Source of the DNA: a bacterium
GTDB lineage: Bacteria; Electryoneota; Electryoneia; Electryoneales; Electryoneaceae
Reading direction: 5' to 3'
Assembly (NCBI GenBank): GCA_963675295.2
Contig: CAXXKJ010000002.1
Location: 3,680,001 to 3,744,000, forward strand
DNA length: 64,000 nucleotides
Under the pieces are notes generated by a model. It saw nothing but the letters and a program-made list of their open reading frames with translations, ran no database searches and was not told where the DNA came from. The position numbers were made by a program, and so were the translations under genes. This document shows, in pieces, positions 36,984 through 46,739 of this stretch. Positions within the stretch are counted from its first letter, which is position 1. The number at the start of each line of letters is the position of its first letter.

Positions 36984-39900
36984 ATGTACGGATATCGTTG
37001 GCTGTCTCGTGTAACGTTGCTGGTTCTCGTCGTTGTTTTCGCTCATTCGGCCTCCGCCCAGTCGGTCTGGTGGACACCGGTCACGCCGGACCCGGGCGAT
37101 CCGGTGACGATCTATTACGACCAGAACGAGGGCACCATCCCCAGCGGCACGATCAAGCTGCACTGGGGGATCGACGGGTGGACCACCCCGCCGTTCGCGA
37201 TGTGGCCGCCAAACACGTTGCCCGCCGGCGGGGGTGCGGTGCAGACGGTGATGCTTGACGAGGGTAACGGCCTCTGGTCGTTAACGATCGCCACGCAGGC
37301 GACCACCGAAACGCTCGATTTCGTCTTCACCAACGGCGTCCTGTGGGACGACCATTTCGGCCATGACTGGCACATCTACCCGGGCGACCCGACGCCCCAC
37401 CCGGTGATGCTGAGCGAAGCGTACACCACCCTCCAGGACTACAAGCAGATTTACGGCGAGGTCGCCGAGCAGGCGACCACGATGAAACTGATCCACACCT
37501 GGTCCACCGGCACGACGCAGTACAACATCGGTCCGGCTACGGGCGTGTTCGACTACGCGCCGCTGCTGCGGGACGGCGACAACGTCTTCCAGTGGGTCGG
37601 CAACAACACCGGCGAATCGGACGAGGTGATCATCCACAAGACCGTGCCGCAGGACCCGGAAGCGGTGATGAGTGTCAACGAGTTCGGTGGCACGATTTAC
37701 CTCGACGCCGACGAGAGCTGGGACCCGCAAAGTCAGACGCTGCAGTACCTGTGGACGCAGGAGACGACGAATCCGCAGTTTGTCAGCCTCGCCGGTGCGA
37801 ACAGCGCGAACGCGTCCTTCCCGGTGCCACAAACACCGGGTACCTATGTCTTCAACCTGCGTCTCGAGGACACCGACGGCAACGTCACCCACGCCCAAAC
37901 CCTGGCGGAAGTGTATGCGGACGGCAGCGTGGACCCGTTCGAGCTGTGGAAGACTGCCGAGTGGATTCGTGAGGCGGTGGTCTACGAGATCTACCCGCGT
38001 TCGTATGACGCGAGCGTGCAACTCAGCGCGATCACCAGCGACATGGCCCGTTTGCAGGCGCTGGGAGTATCGTGCATCTGGCTGATGCCGATTTTCGAAG
38101 GGCCGACGTGGCACGGCTATGCGGTCACCGACTACTACTTGATCGAGCAGGATTACGGCGACCTCGACGACTTTAAGCAACTTGTCGACACCGCGCACGA
38201 TCACGGTATCAAGGTGATGCTTGACCTCGTCATCAACCATACCGACGTCACCCACCCGTGGATGCAGGACGCGCAGGCGAAGGGTGTCTTTTCCAACACG
38301 TACGACTGGTACGACCGTGACCAGAACGGCAACTACACCTACTACTACGACTGGGTCACGTTGCCAAATCTGAACTACTGGAATCCGGACGTGCGCAACT
38401 ACATGATCGAGATGAGCAAGTACTGGGTGACGGAAACGGATGTCGATGGATTCCGTTGCGATGCCGCGTGGGGTGTGCAGGCCCGTTACGGCCAGTTCTG
38501 GGCGGACTGGCGTGCCGAGTTGAAGACGCTCAAGCCTGACCTGTACCTGCTCGCTGAAGCGCCGATGTCCGATTTCAGCATCCTCTGGGACCGTTTCGAT
38601 TCGGCGATGGACTGGCAGCTGTACTTCGATCCGAACGGCTTCGACCAGCTGTTTTCGAACTCGACGCCGTCCGGGTTGCACGACCGCATCTCGAATTACG
38701 GGACCGACTGGCCGGACTACAAGTTTCCCTTCCGTTTCATCGAAAATCATGATGAAGACCGCTACATCTCACTGAAAACGCCGGAACAGACCAAGACTGC
38801 CGCGACCTTGCTGTTGACCATTCCCGGTGTGCCGATGCTATACGCGGGGCAGGAAGTCGGCGAAGAAACGCTGCGCGATCCGATCCAGTGGAATGACGAT
38901 CCGTACGGCATGTACGAGCACTATGAAACGTTGCTCTGGGCGCGGAACAACCTCAAGGCGATGACCGGCGATTACGAGTGGTACCTGTCGAATTCGTCTG
39001 GAAATAACGTCTTCAGTTACGCACGCTACTGGCCGGGCGAGGCGATCCCGATCATGACGCTGAACCTGAGCAACTCGTTTCACTACACCGTGGTGCCGTT
39101 GCCAACCGGCGACTGGGACATCGATCCAAGCACGACCTACATCCTCACCGAACTGTTCAGCGGCGACAGCTGGCAGGTCACCGGCGCGGACATGGTGCAG
39201 CTCGAAACCGGGCTCGATCCATACCAGAGCAAGCTGTTCGTGCTCTCCGACCAGATTGAGGGCCCGGGCACGGTCAGCCTCAGCCTCGTGCCGCAGAACA
39301 CCCTCTTTCCCGCCACCGGTGGCGTGTTGAATTACGGCGCGGTGATCACCAACCACACCGGCGCGCCGTTGCAACGGCAGGCGTGGACCAACGTCACCCT
39401 GCCCAACGGCAACACCATCGGCCCGTTGATGCTCGCCGGGGTGAATTTGCCCTCGGGCACGATCAACCCGTCCGGTCTGACGCAAACCGTGCCGCCGATG
39501 GCGCCGTCCGGGCAGTACCAGTTCATCGGGACCATCGGCCTCTTCAATCCGTACAATCCGGAGACGACCGACTCGTTCGGCTTCTACAAGCAATCGGCAG
39601 CGACGGTCACCGCGACGAAACGGGGTACCGTGGACGCGCTCGACCTCGCGAACTGGCCGGGGTCGGACTGGGGACTGGGCGGTGAGAATCCCGGCTTGAC
39701 CAGCAAGTCGGGCCAGACGGAACCCGCAGACGCCAACGCTTCGGAACAAACGGGCCTTCCCACCGAATTCGCCCTTGCAGCGGTGTATCCGAACCCGTTC
39801 AATGCGATGACGACGGTCCGTGTCGCGTTGCCGGAAACGGCGGAGCTGAGCGTGGTGGTGTACAACGTGACCGGCCAACGTGTCGCGACTCTGGCGGCTG

Positions 39901-40028
39901 GATCGTACGACGCTGGCCTGCATGCACTGAGCTTCGACGCGTCGAATCTAGCTTCGGGCTTGTACTTCGTCCGGGCAACGGTGCCTGGCGAGCTTAGCGA
40001 GATGCGAAAGGTGGTGTTGATACAATAG
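36984..40028 (+). CDS. Secreted GH13 alpha-amylase family enzyme with CBM/Ig modules, 'IPxxGG' domain and T9SS-type C-terminal sorting domain
   Basis: VYEIYPRSY, IWLMPIF, HGYAVTDY, DLVINH, DGFRCDAA, LLAEA, FIENHDE; VYPNPFN...LASGLYFVR...KVVLIQ. Confidence 0.9.
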   Translation: MYGYRWLSRVTLLVLVVVFAHSASAQSVWWTPVTPDPGDPVTIYYDQNEGTIPSGTIKLHWGIDGWTTPPFAMWPPNTLPAGGGAVQTVMLDEGNGLWSLTIATQATTETLDFVFTNGVLWDDHFGHDWHIYPGDPTPHPVMLSEAYTTLQDYKQIYGEVAEQATTMKLIHTWSTGTTQYNIGPATGVFDYAPLLRDGDNVFQWVGNNTGESDEVIIHKTVPQDPEAVMSVNEFGGTIYLDADESWDPQSQTLQYLWTQETTNPQFVSLAGANSANASFPVPQTPGTYVFNLRLEDTDGNVTHAQTLAEVYADGSVDPFELWKTAEWIREAVVYEIYPRSYDASVQLSAITSDMARLQALGVSCIWLMPIFEGPTWHGYAVTDYYLIEQDYGDLDDFKQLVDTAHDHGIKVMLDLVINHTDVTHPWMQDAQAKGVFSNTYDWYDRDQNGNYTYYYDWVTLPNLNYWNPDVRNYMIEMSKYWVTETDVDGFRCDAAWGVQARYGQFWADWRAELKTLKPDLYLLAEAPMSDFSILWDRFDSAMDWQLYFDPNGFDQLFSNSTPSGLHDRISNYGTDWPDYKFPFRFIENHDEDRYISLKTPEQTKTAATLLLTIPGVPMLYAGQEVGEETLRDPIQWNDDPYGMYEHYETLLWARNNLKAMTGDYEWYLSNSSGNNVFSYARYWPGEAIPIMTLNLSNSFHYTVVPLPTGDWDIDPSTTYILTELFSGDSWQVTGADMVQLETGLDPYQSKLFVLSDQIEGPGTVSLSLVPQNTLFPATGGVLNYGAVITNHTGAPLQRQAWTNVTLPNGNTIGPLMLAGVNLPSGTINPSGLTQTVPPMAPSGQYQFIGTIGLFNPYNPETTDSFGFYKQSAATVTATKRGTVDALDLANWPGSDWGLGGENPGLTSKSGQTEPADANASEQTGLPTEFALAAVYPNPFNAMTTVRVALPETAELSVVVYNVTGQRVATLAAGSYDAGLHALSFDASNLASGLYFVRATVPGELSEMRKVVLIQ

Positions 40029-40254
40029 AACAATTTTAATTCGCGTGCGCACCCTTTGTACCGGCAAGTGCCTTCAAAAACATATAAAATCAGGATCTAC
40101 GATAAATACGTTCGGCTTTAAGCTGCTTTAGTTTTCTCCGAGAGTCTTTTTGCTGACCTCCACCAGGAAGAAAAAGCTTGACGCAATCTACATTTTTGCT
40201 CATCTTCACATACCAAAAACAAAGATGTATTGTGAAATTGATCTTTACGACTCA

Positions 40255-40265
40255 GGGGGGGGGGG
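40255..40265 (+). repeat. G11 homopolymer 5 nt upstream of the start codon
   Basis: ctcaGGGGGGGGGGGatttcATG. Confidence 0.85.
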
Positions 40266-40270
40266 ATTTC

Positions 40271-42796
40271 ATGCGTGCCCGCAGTTGGTCAACCATCGTT
40301 TTTTGTGTTTTCTTCTTTTTTCTGAACTTCGCTACTGCAAACGCAGATCAAAGCCTTAGGATTGAGCAGCTTTCAACTTTTGCGAGCACGTGGGGTACAA
40401 CCAATGACGTCGTCATTGAGGGTAACTATGCCTTTTTTGCCGACGAGGATTCTGGTCTGAAAATTGTCGATGTCAGTAGTCCAAATGTGCCAGTTGAAAC
40501 AGGCTGTTTTTCTTGGCCGTCTGGTTTTGTGACAATATCAGTCTCCAATGACATGGTATTTCTTGGCGGAAACGACGGGATGCTTATTGTTGATGTTAGC
40601 GATCCATCTTCGCCCTCGTTCGTCAACTATTTAGAACTATACCAAACAAATTGTCTTTACGCAATTGACAATACTGTCTACTTAGGATACGGTGGTGGGT
40701 TAATGATAATAGATGTTTCTAATCCATATTTTCCGCAACTTCTTGGATCTCTATACGTATACAATCCCTATGGATTGGAAGTTGTTGATGGGTATGCATA
40801 CATTGCCGCTTATTCACACGGATTAGTCATAATTGATGTTTCTGATCCAACAACTCCAACACTGGTTACAGAATATCCAACAGGGTCTGCCGCATATATG
40901 TTGGATATTGAGGGTCAGTACGCTTATATAGCCGATTTAACTAGATTAACGGTAATTGATATTTCCGATCCGCTCTCGCCACAACTATCAGGTATTTGTA
41001 ATCTACCAAATGCAGTTTGGGATGTGGAAGTAGCAAATGAAACTGCTTTCTTGACAAGTATAAATGGCTTTTATTACGCGGTTTCTGTTACTCAGCCCAA
41101 CCTCCCAATCCTGGCTGGAACATTTGAATTTTCGGAACCTGCTTTGTCTAGCTTTCTCATGGGTGATGTAAGTATAGTTGCATTGAGTGCAGCTAGATTT
41201 TCGATAGTTGATATTTCAGACCCAGCTTCTATGTCTGAATCATATCGGCATATATCGCCTACTCATAGCATTGACATTGACATATCAGGAGATTATGTTT
41301 ATATATCAGATGAAGACGGTGTAATATGCTACGATATATCTAATTTACCAGTTCAATATGTTTGTGACATTCCTTCTGAACGCTCTACTGAGGTATCAAT
41401 CGCTGAAGGAGACTATCTTTATACTTTTGTAGACAGAGAAGGTGTTTATATTTACGACATAGCCGATCCTTATTCATATCAATTAGTAAATTCTTTTCAA
41501 ATCTTAGACGACTATTATAGAGCATATGATATGACCATACATGATAACAAATTTGTAGTATCCACACGAGATAGCCTTTACTTGTATTTACATAATAGTC
41601 CTGAATCAATTATATTACAAAGTACAATTGATATTAATGGGCAATTATTAATCCAAGATAACTTACTCTATGTTTCATCCTCAGGTACAGGCCTTCTTAT
41701 ATATGATATTTCTGATTTAACAAATCCAATAGAGATCGGTAGTTATCTACTTCCGTTTACTAATTGGGAACTACCTTTTGAGGTAGTTGGAAACACTGGA
41801 TATATTTATTCTGGTCATACAACAGTGTATACTCTCGATCTAACAGACTTATCTACACCAATACTCGTTGGGAGTTTTGAACTGATAAGTCTACCTTTAT
41901 CTTTACAATATTCTGATGGTTATCTATTTGTATCTGAATACGATAATACATTAGAAATATTTAATACATTAGACCTGTTAAATATAGAACAAACAGGGTA
42001 TTACAGATATGAAAATGAAAACATCCATGGATTGCCAAGAGGTTCTTTTGAGATTGTAAACGATATGGTTTTTTATAACACTGGTGAAAGTACACACATC
42101 TATTCTTGTTCAGCCGCTATAGAACCACTGCCGTTGCTTGAACTTGAATTGACGGCTGTTGACCCTTTATACGTACAACAAGGCGGAGAATTCTCCTACG
42201 ACGCCCTGCTCCGTGTAAATCTACCTTCACCAAATACAATAGATATATGGACAGAAGCTGTTCTTTCTAACGGGAATCGTGTTGGTCCAATTGATGTACC
42301 CAGGACATATATGTGGCAAGATGTACCAAGTTACGCCCCTTTAACTGATTACATATATGTGATGAAAACTGGAATCTATCCGAATACGACCGTAGCGATG
42401 GATTCATTCCCGTTTTCGGTATTACCTGGTAGTACAAGGACGTCTCCATTGTTAATGTGGAGTGCATCAAACTACGAAATATCTTTTTATGATGCTTTAG
42501 AAGGAAATAATATAGCATCTTCAGTTCCCAATGTCTACCGGCTTGAATCTGTATACCCGAACCCATTCAACGCGATGACGACGGTGCGTGTCGCGCTGCC
42601 GGAAACGGTGGAGCTGAGCGTGGTGGTGTACAACGTGACCGGCCAGCGTGTCGCGACTCTTGCAGCTGGATCGTATGACGCTGGCACGCACGCGCTGACT
42701 TTCGATGCGTCGAATCTAGCTTCGGGCTTGTACTTCGTCCGGGCCACGGTGCCGGGTCAGCTGGAGCAGACTCAGAAAGTGATGCTGATCCAGTAG
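40271..42796 (+). CDS. LVIVD-repeat secreted protein with T9SS-type C-terminal sorting domain
   Basis: Signal peptide from ATG 40271; repeats GLKIVDVSSP, GLVIIDVSDPTTP, GLLIYDISDLTNP; VYPNPFN CTD. Confidence 0.88.
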   Translation: MRARSWSTIVFCVFFFFLNFATANADQSLRIEQLSTFASTWGTTNDVVIEGNYAFFADEDSGLKIVDVSSPNVPVETGCFSWPSGFVTISVSNDMVFLGGNDGMLIVDVSDPSSPSFVNYLELYQTNCLYAIDNTVYLGYGGGLMIIDVSNPYFPQLLGSLYVYNPYGLEVVDGYAYIAAYSHGLVIIDVSDPTTPTLVTEYPTGSAAYMLDIEGQYAYIADLTRLTVIDISDPLSPQLSGICNLPNAVWDVEVANETAFLTSINGFYYAVSVTQPNLPILAGTFEFSEPALSSFLMGDVSIVALSAARFSIVDISDPASMSESYRHISPTHSIDIDISGDYVYISDEDGVICYDISNLPVQYVCDIPSERSTEVSIAEGDYLYTFVDREGVYIYDIADPYSYQLVNSFQILDDYYRAYDMTIHDNKFVVSTRDSLYLYLHNSPESIILQSTIDINGQLLIQDNLLYVSSSGTGLLIYDISDLTNPIEIGSYLLPFTNWELPFEVVGNTGYIYSGHTTVYTLDLTDLSTPILVGSFELISLPLSLQYSDGYLFVSEYDNTLEIFNTLDLLNIEQTGYYRYENENIHGLPRGSFEIVNDMVFYNTGESTHIYSCSAAIEPLPLLELELTAVDPLYVQQGGEFSYDALLRVNLPSPNTIDIWTEAVLSNGNRVGPIDVPRTYMWQDVPSYAPLTDYIYVMKTGIYPNTTVAMDSFPFSVLPGSTRTSPLLMWSASNYEISFYDALEGNNIASSVPNVYRLESVYPNPFNAMTTVRVALPETVELSVVVYNVTGQRVATLAAGSYDAGTHALTFDASNLASGLYFVRATVPGQLEQTQKVMLIQ

Positions 42797-42916
42797 TTCA
42801 ATTTACCGCAGCAGAAGTGAGCGCTTTTCCCTCACGCACGTTTTCACCCGCTATCTTGCTATCGAGGTAGCGGGGTTGTTTTTCCCGCCTGAAAAGGGTG
42901 TCCGAGGGGTCCGATC

Positions 42917-44122
42917 ATGCGCGGAATGGCGGCAGGCTGTATGCTTTTGTTATTGCTTATGGTGACGGTGTTGCCGGTAGCTGCGGAAAACGTGGTACTT
43001 GTCATCATTGACGGCGCGCGCTATTCGGAAACCTTCGGCGATCCTACTCGGGCGCACATCCCTGAGATGGAAGAGCTCGCGGAACGGGGTGCAATTGTCG
43101 ACGAGTTCTACAACGACGAATACACGTACACTTCCCGCGCGGTCCCGGCGTTGTGGTGCGGCGACTGGACGGAAGTCCGTGACACAACGTACCAGAGCCA
43201 GAACACGCAGTACACGTTGAGCCCATCGATCTTCGAATACTTCCGGCACGATACAAACGCCCCGGCGGACGAATGTTATTACGTCCTGAAGTACCTCAGT
43301 TCGCTGTGGTTGCCAAGCTTTCACCCGGAGTACGGGCCGGACTACTGGCCGACGTTCTATTCGGAAGGATCGACGGACCTTGACGTACTCGACAACGCGA
43401 TCGATGTGCTGCACGACGAACAACCGCAGCTGATGCTGGTGTATTTCGCGGATGTCGACCATGCCGGCCATTCCGGTGTCTGGGACGATTACATCTCCGC
43501 AATTGAAACGGCGGATTATTGTGTCAGCCAGTTGTGGTCCGCGATCCAGGCCGACGATCATTACCGCGATGACACGGTGCTGATGGTGACCAACGACCAC
43601 GGCCGCCATGACGATCAACACGGTGGTTTCAGCGGGCACGGAGACGGCTGCGACGGTTGCCGTCACATCATGATGCTCGCCATCGGTCCGGGGATCGGCG
43701 AAGAACTGGTCACGACGCAGTATCGGACCATTCCCGATTTCGCGGTGACGGCTTGCGCCATCCTTGACATTGATCCAGCCTACGCCGGCGGCGAAGTGAT
43801 GGACGAACTGTTCGTGCAAAACAGCGCCGGAGAATCTGATCCCTCCCCCCTGCCGGACCAAACGGACCTGCTGTCGGTGTACCCGAACCCGTTCAACGCC
43901 GGCACCCGGATTTCGGTGACGATGAACCAGCCGGGTCACCTGCGGCTCGAAGTTTGTAACCTGCAGGGCGAAGTCATCACGACGGTATCGGATGGCTACA
44001 CCTCCGCAGGTAATCAAGCCTTTGCGTTCAACACGGGGAACCTGGCCTCCGGGCTGTATTTTGTTCGGGCGACGGTTCCCGGTCAGCTCCATGAGGTGCG
44101 GAAGCTGATGCTGATTCGTTAA
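42917..44122 (+). CDS. Alkaline phosphatase/sulfatase superfamily protein with T9SS-type CTD
   Basis: NVVLVIIDGAR, DVDHAGH, VTNDHGR; VYPNPFN CTD. Confidence 0.82.
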   Translation: MRGMAAGCMLLLLLMVTVLPVAAENVVLVIIDGARYSETFGDPTRAHIPEMEELAERGAIVDEFYNDEYTYTSRAVPALWCGDWTEVRDTTYQSQNTQYTLSPSIFEYFRHDTNAPADECYYVLKYLSSLWLPSFHPEYGPDYWPTFYSEGSTDLDVLDNAIDVLHDEQPQLMLVYFADVDHAGHSGVWDDYISAIETADYCVSQLWSAIQADDHYRDDTVLMVTNDHGRHDDQHGGFSGHGDGCDGCRHIMMLAIGPGIGEELVTTQYRTIPDFAVTACAILDIDPAYAGGEVMDELFVQNSAGESDPSPLPDQTDLLSVYPNPFNAGTRISVTMNQPGHLRLEVCNLQGEVITTVSDGYTSAGNQAFAFNTGNLASGLYFVRATVPGQLHEVRKLMLIR

Positions 44123-44247
44123 CTTGTGCCCAGTTACTTGTGACCTGCCCCCCACCATCAGGCATTCCTGGATTCGCTTGTCCGGGTATGTCCTGCCTTC
44201 ATGCTTGACCGTACACACGAATACAACGAGTCAACGTGACCAGGGGG

Positions 44248-44598
44248 ATGAAGATGAAGCGTGTAGCGATTGTCGGTTGTGGCAACTACATGGAGCAGTG
44301 TTACGCCTGCCCCGGCGACTGGAAGTGCCTCAAGGCGGCGGCGACCGGGGACGGTTTCTTTGAGGAAGAGGTGCAGGTGATCGCGTTTGTCCGTTGCGAG
44401 TGTTCCGGGCGGACGGTTGGCCCGAACACGGCGTTCGCATTGAAACTGGCGGACATCAAACCGGACGCGATTTACATGAGCACCTGCATGGCGGTGGCCA
44501 AGCCGGATTGCCCGTACCACACCCCGCTTGAGTTCGCGCAGATGATCGAGGACAAGACGGGCGTGGAAGTTGTCCTTGGCACGCACGAGTATTTTTAA
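44248..44598 (+). CDS. CGGC-domain (Cys-rich metal-binding) protein
   Basis: IVGC...CPG..KC...G.F...IAFVRCEC.G...AIYMSTC...CP...VVLGTH. Confidence 0.75.
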   Translation: MKMKRVAIVGCGNYMEQCYACPGDWKCLKAAATGDGFFEEEVQVIAFVRCECSGRTVGPNTAFALKLADIKPDAIYMSTCMAVAKPDCPYHTPLEFAQMIEDKTGVEVVLGTHEYF

Positions 44599-44788
44599 TT
44601 CCGGTGCATTCCTGTACCCTCTGGAGAGACAGAGACATTGCTGCAATCGAATCAGAGCAATTCAGGCCGCGACAGTTCGTCGCGGCTTTCGATTTCTTAT
44701 ACTGTTGCTCTGCAACGCTTAACCATTCTTCTCGCTCTGGGGTGAACGAGGGTTGCGTTGATTGGCAACAGCTGATTGGGGTGCAAAC

Positions 44789-46585
44789 GTGAAACGCTAC
44801 GTCCTTCCTTTGATCCTGCTTTTCCTGCCACTGGTCGTATTCGCACAACCGCAAGTTTGGGAGATGTCGACGATTACGTCCTCGCTTACCAGCGCGCTGT
44901 CCGTGACGGCTTCGGATATTGACGGTGACGGCGACAACGATGTGATCGCCGCCAGCTACAGTGGTGGACAGATCTGGTACTATGAGTATGTCGATGATGA
45001 CGACTGGGACGCTCATCTCGTCGCCAGCGACATCAGTCACCCGATTTCGGTCGCGGCTGGTGACCTGGACAACGATGGCGACAAGGACATCGCTTGCATC
45101 TCGCTGCTTAATGGCAGCGCATACTGGTTTGAATATGATGTGTTCGGTTGGACGACGCACACGTTAGCGACCAGTTTCCCCGGCGGTCACCGGTTGCAGA
45201 TCTGCGACCTGAACGACGATGGGTATGGTGAAATCATCGCGTCGTCCGATGAAGAGGGATTCGTCATCTTCGAAAACGACATGGACGGAACCTTCACCCG
45301 CCTGACCCTTTCGGCAAGCGCTGGCACACCCTACGGCATCGACTACGGTGACATTGATTACGACGGCGACCTCGACATCGTCGGCTGCGACTATTCCTCC
45401 GATGCCATCTTCTGGTGGGAAAATACCGGTTCCAGCTGGTCAGCGCACAGCATCGCGACCAACGTTGACAGCCCGTTGGATATTTCTTTCGGCGACATGG
45501 ATGGCGACTTTGATGGTGACGTTTGCGTCTGTTTTGACACGAACAACAAAATCGCGTGGTTCGAGAACAACGGTGGCACCAACTGGACACAGCATGTCAT
45601 CACCAGCGACTTCCTTGACGCCAGCGACGTGATCGCCTGTGACCTCGACAACGACAGCGACATGGACATCGTGTCCTGTTCCTACCTGGGCGGGACGGTC
45701 GCTTTCTGGGAAAACGACAGCGGCGATTTCGTGCAAAACGTGATCGATGACGACTACTCGAACGCGTGGAGCATCGCCGTCGGCGATCTCGATCAGGACA
45801 ATGATCTGGACATCATCAGCTCGTCCTACTGGTCGGGACGGATCAACTGGTGGGCGCAGCCGGGTCTTGGGTTCCCGGTCACGCTTAGCCTGCGAACCTT
45901 CGAATGGCCGATCGTGATTCCGGCCAATGGTGGATCGTTCCTCTACGCCTTCCACCTCACCAACGCGACCGGGATGACGTTCGACAACGCCCATTTCTGG
46001 AACGCGGCGATCATGCCGGACGGTACCGAAATCGGTCCGCTCAACGTCCGCAATGGAACCATTTATCCGTACATGGACGTTGAGGTCTGGAACCTTCAGC
46101 AGATGGTTCCGGCGTCCGCACCGACGGGTGAGTACACCTACATCGCCCGGCTCGGCTATTTCCAGATTTACGCCGAAGGCAATTTCCGCATCACCAAACT
46201 GCCACCGCAGAACCCCGCAGATGCCGTCACCGAAAACCCATCCTGGGAAGACTGGACTCTCGCACCGGTCACACTGGAAGGATTCGAACAGGGCACAGCT
46301 GCAGCGGCAGGATTGCCCGGCTCGTTCAAGCTGCTTCCGGTGACACCGAATCCGTTCAACGCGGCAACCACGGTACGTGTCGAACTTAGCCAGCCCGGCG
46401 AGCTGGAGTTGAACGTGTTCAACGTCAACGGTCAGTTAGTGACGACGCTTGCAGAGGGTTCCTTCACGGCGGGGTTGCATCCGTTCAGCTTCGACGCCAC
46501 GGCCCTCGCCTCGGGCGTTTATTTCATGCACGCATCCGTTGCCGGTCATGGCTCGCAGGTGCAGAAGGTGATGCTTCTCAGGTAA
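44789..46585 (+). CDS. FG-GAP/VCBS repeat secreted protein with 'IPxxGG' domain and T9SS-type CTD
   Basis: Repeats DIDGDGDNDV, DLDNDGDKDI, DLNDDGYGEI; TPNPFN...LASGVYF...KVMLLR. Confidence 0.88.
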   Translation: MKRYVLPLILLFLPLVVFAQPQVWEMSTITSSLTSALSVTASDIDGDGDNDVIAASYSGGQIWYYEYVDDDDWDAHLVASDISHPISVAAGDLDNDGDKDIACISLLNGSAYWFEYDVFGWTTHTLATSFPGGHRLQICDLNDDGYGEIIASSDEEGFVIFENDMDGTFTRLTLSASAGTPYGIDYGDIDYDGDLDIVGCDYSSDAIFWWENTGSSWSAHSIATNVDSPLDISFGDMDGDFDGDVCVCFDTNNKIAWFENNGGTNWTQHVITSDFLDASDVIACDLDNDSDMDIVSCSYLGGTVAFWENDSGDFVQNVIDDDYSNAWSIAVGDLDQDNDLDIISSSYWSGRINWWAQPGLGFPVTLSLRTFEWPIVIPANGGSFLYAFHLTNATGMTFDNAHFWNAAIMPDGTEIGPLNVRNGTIYPYMDVEVWNLQQMVPASAPTGEYTYIARLGYFQIYAEGNFRITKLPPQNPADAVTENPSWEDWTLAPVTLEGFEQGTAAAAGLPGSFKLLPVTPNPFNAATTVRVELSQPGELELNVFNVNGQLVTTLAEGSFTAGLHPFSFDATALASGVYFMHASVAGHGSQVQKVMLLR

Positions 46586-46610
46586 CGAGTTTATGCAATC
46601 TGATTGTAAC

Positions 46611-46638
46611 ATGCCTCTCATTCGAGGGGCATTTTTTA
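46611..46638 (+). terminator. Intrinsic terminator
   Basis: ATGCCTCTC-attc-GAGGGGCAT followed by a T run. Confidence 0.7.
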
Positions 46639-46739
46639 TGTTTATTTGCATAGTTACCTGATCTGAACCCGTTCATTTTGTATGATGTATTTCTGCGATT
46701 GCCGGTTCACTGGGACGTTGAAACCTGGGGGAGGAGTTC

